Shown: positions 61,470 to 64,000 of the stretch, piece by piece
Position numbering within the stretch: position 1 is the first letter of the stretch
How the letters are laid out: each line of letters starts with the position of its first letter
DNA from: Podarcis cretensis
Taxonomy: Eukaryota
NCBI GenBank assembly: GCA_951804945.1
Contig: OX638152.1
Coordinates: 102,734,001-102,798,000, forward strand
Length of the DNA: 64,000 nt
Direction: 5' to 3'
Translations under genes and position numbers: made by a program
The notes under the pieces: model-generated
What the model saw: the letters and a program-made list of their open reading frames with translations, nothing else
What the model was told of the DNA's origin: nothing
Database searches by the model: none

Positions 61470-62460
61470 TTGTTCCTCACAGCAGGGCAACACTGGGGTC
61501 TAAGGCATCTCTCCCAGCCTCTGTTCAGCCAGTGTATCCTTTTGGCATCATCGCCAGCACCCTCTTTGCTCTGAAGCCTGTCTTGGTCTCTGAGGCACAT
61601 GCAAGCATAGTTCCTTCTCCACTTCGAGTACCATCTCTCCTAATTCTCCTGTTTCTAAACACTAAGCTGCCCTTATCCATTGGCATTCTAATGGTCAGTT
61701 ATTCTGATGTGTTGAAGTTAACACCCCCCCCCCCAAGCATCACCTAACAAAGGTGTTCCCTGACTTTATCAAAGGCTGGTACACATTAGGATATTTACCT
61801 TGGCTAATTAACTCTTCAGGGGCGCAGGTGGCACTGTGGTCTAAACCACTGAGCCTCTTGGGCTTGCCGACCAGAAGGTTGGCAGTTTGAATCCCCGCAA
61901 CAGGCTTGAGCTCCCGTTGCTCTGTCCCAGCTCCTGCCAACCTAGCAGTTCAAAAGCACACTCAAACGTGCAAGTAGATACATAGTCACCGCTCCGGCGG
62001 AAAGGTAAACGGCATTTCCGTGAGCTGCTCTGGTTTCGGTGTTCTGTTGCGCCAGAAATGGCTTAGTCATGCTGGCCACATGACCCGGAAAAACTGTCTG
62101 CAGACAAATGCCAGCTCCCCCAGCCTGTAAAGCGAGATGAGCGCCGCAACCCCAGAGTCGTCTGTGACTGGACTTAACTGTGAGGGGTCCTTCACCTTTA
62201 ATTAACTCTTCACATGCTAATTGCTGATTCTCAGAAGTACTGTAGGTCCACACACACATCTCAATACACATGGATCTTGATTATATTCTGAAGGTCTGAT
62301 CCACAGTCTTTACACAAAACTGCCAATGGAACACCTCAATCACCTCCTTTTAAAAACACATTGAGACTGTCTTATAACATATTCCAGTTATAAAGTACAA
62401 GTTCTAATCAAATCATGATATTTACTAAACCCAAACATTTAGGACCCTGAATCTATTACA
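61470..62460 (-). mobile_element. Old LTR-like repeat, copy 2, containing a Sauria SINE
   Basis: Homologous to 43140-43735 (e.g. CTCCTAATTCTCCTGTT, CAATACACATGGATCTTGATTA, ATATTTACTAAACC, ATCTATTACA). Confidence 0.65.
61819..62198 (+). mobile_element. Sauria SINE, older subfamily
   Basis: Full length. 14-bp TSD TAATTAACTCTTCA at 61805-61818 and 62199-62212. Confidence 0.93.
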
Positions 62461-63516
62461 ATACAGTAAAATATCATACATCTAGACTATTGAGCAAGGT
62501 ATTATTTATTAGTGCTACATCATGAGCTAGATTTCCCTGTTTGGAAAATTTAGTGTATACTCAATGGTCAAAAATTCTCCTCCTCTGAATACAGCTTAAG
62601 CAGCTCGATCATGATTATTATAAGTACTGAACTCATTTGAATACTATTGGTTTCAACATACACCCAATCAAGCTCCAATTGCAAAATGATGTCCCCTTGA
62701 GGTTAATGAGGATTTTATTTCAGCTTCAGTGATATGAGGTCTTGCATCGTTGACTACGCACCAAACACCGTCGATCAATTTGTGGAAAGCAGACTTCTAA
62801 CTTGTGTGGGAAATAAGGGCTTGTTTAATAGTTCTCAAACAAATCTACTACTTTCTTCCCATCTCCACCATAAGCCCTAATGATTTTCATTATCTCCTTA
62901 GCTGATAGAATCCATTTTAAAAACCAATAATCTCTTGAAATCCACTGAGCCACAAATTACTCATTAGAAAATATTTTTCAAAGATCATTACCTTGCCCAT
63001 AGATTTTAGCTGTTCATTTCCTGGATTCTCACTTGAAATGCTGCTTTGTGAGGGGACACTTGCAAGAAAATGATTGTAATATAATCCAAACCATTTACTT
63101 GTTTATTATTAGAACCATTGCTTTTTTAAAGGTCAACACTGTATCAATTTGAGCATTAATTTTATGACCTCTGGTTATTAGGATATAATGAAATGATGAA
63201 TGCTATATTCACTGCATTGGATTCAGTAATAACACTCAGAACCATTGCTTTATGTATGGGCTAATTTCATTTATAAAAACCCAGACACACAGTGAGAAGC
63301 ACAGGTTTTTGAAGTCATTTATCATTTAATTAAACAGTATTGTTGCCATGTTGGTTCTAACAGTAAACAATAGTGGAGACCACATGATTTCTTATGTGCT
63401 GGGTGCAGAAATAGTGAATGATGTACTTGTACTTGAGCAATTTTAGGTCTTTTATTTATATGCAAGAATCTCAGTTTTCTTGCTTTTCTTAAAAGGGTCA
63501 ATTTTCTAGTCCTTAT

Positions 63517-63541
63517 CACACACACACACACACACACACAC
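63517..63541. repeat. (CA)n microsatellite
   Basis: Read directly from the sequence. Confidence 0.95.
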
Positions 63542-64000
63542 CTGGAAGCTTCACCTGGGGCAAAATACCCGGCTAGCCCTCCTGTAGCCATGGCCTTGCT
63601 GTAGCTCACACATTTTAAGGGATCTGTAGTGGGCTTCAAGCTAACATTTAAAAACATTAGAAATGTCAAAATGCCTTCTTTGGAAGCTCCTTGTCTACCA
63701 AACCCATCTGCCTTTTGCCCCAGAACTTGTCCACAACTATCCAGCTCTCTTGCCCTTTTACCAAATTTAACTTTCTTCACAAATGCTCTTCAGACTGAGC
63801 TGTAATGAGTTATAACTATCAAATTCTACATATTCCATTGTGGCTATTATGGTAAATACTGTTCCATGTCAGTTACTAAATAAGTCACTTTGTCACTGAC
63901 TTTAAGGGGACTATTCTCAAACAAAAGAAATTAATCAGGAAACCATTAAATTACAATTTATCAGAAGGTTAAATTCTATCACTTGTGACTTAAGTCGATA

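Noticed and set aside
62990-63060. Possible minus-strand exon (VPSQSSISSENPGNEQLKSMGK)
   Set aside because: Mediocre splice signals and no homology I can recognise.

Overview
This is eukaryotic, TE-rich, apparently non-coding (intronic or intergenic) DNA from a squamate reptile, most likely a lacertid lizard. That assignment is inferred from the repeat complement: Sauria SINEs, a Squam3-like SINE, BovB, L2, CR1, L1, Penelope, hAT and Tc1/mariner MITEs, and solo LTRs. I cannot support any host protein-coding exon, and the only real coding sequence belongs to retroelements. The largest element is a 5.3-kb 5'-truncated, disrupted L1 (32305-37567, minus strand, 11-bp TSD) that carries a nested young Sauria SINE and a nested Penelope palindrome. 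The most notable observations are: (1) a minimal type I hammerhead ribozyme core inside a perfect 84-bp Penelope inverted repeat; (2) patchy sequence exchange between two inverted L2 copies about 2.5 kb apart, including copying of a hAT insertion junction; (3) a Sauria SINE dimer made from two different templates within one TSD; and (4) a recent burst of near-identical SINEs that form inverted pairs. All boundaries were read by eye. Those with a quoted TSD are precise and the others are approximate. Family names come from recalled motifs, not from a database search.
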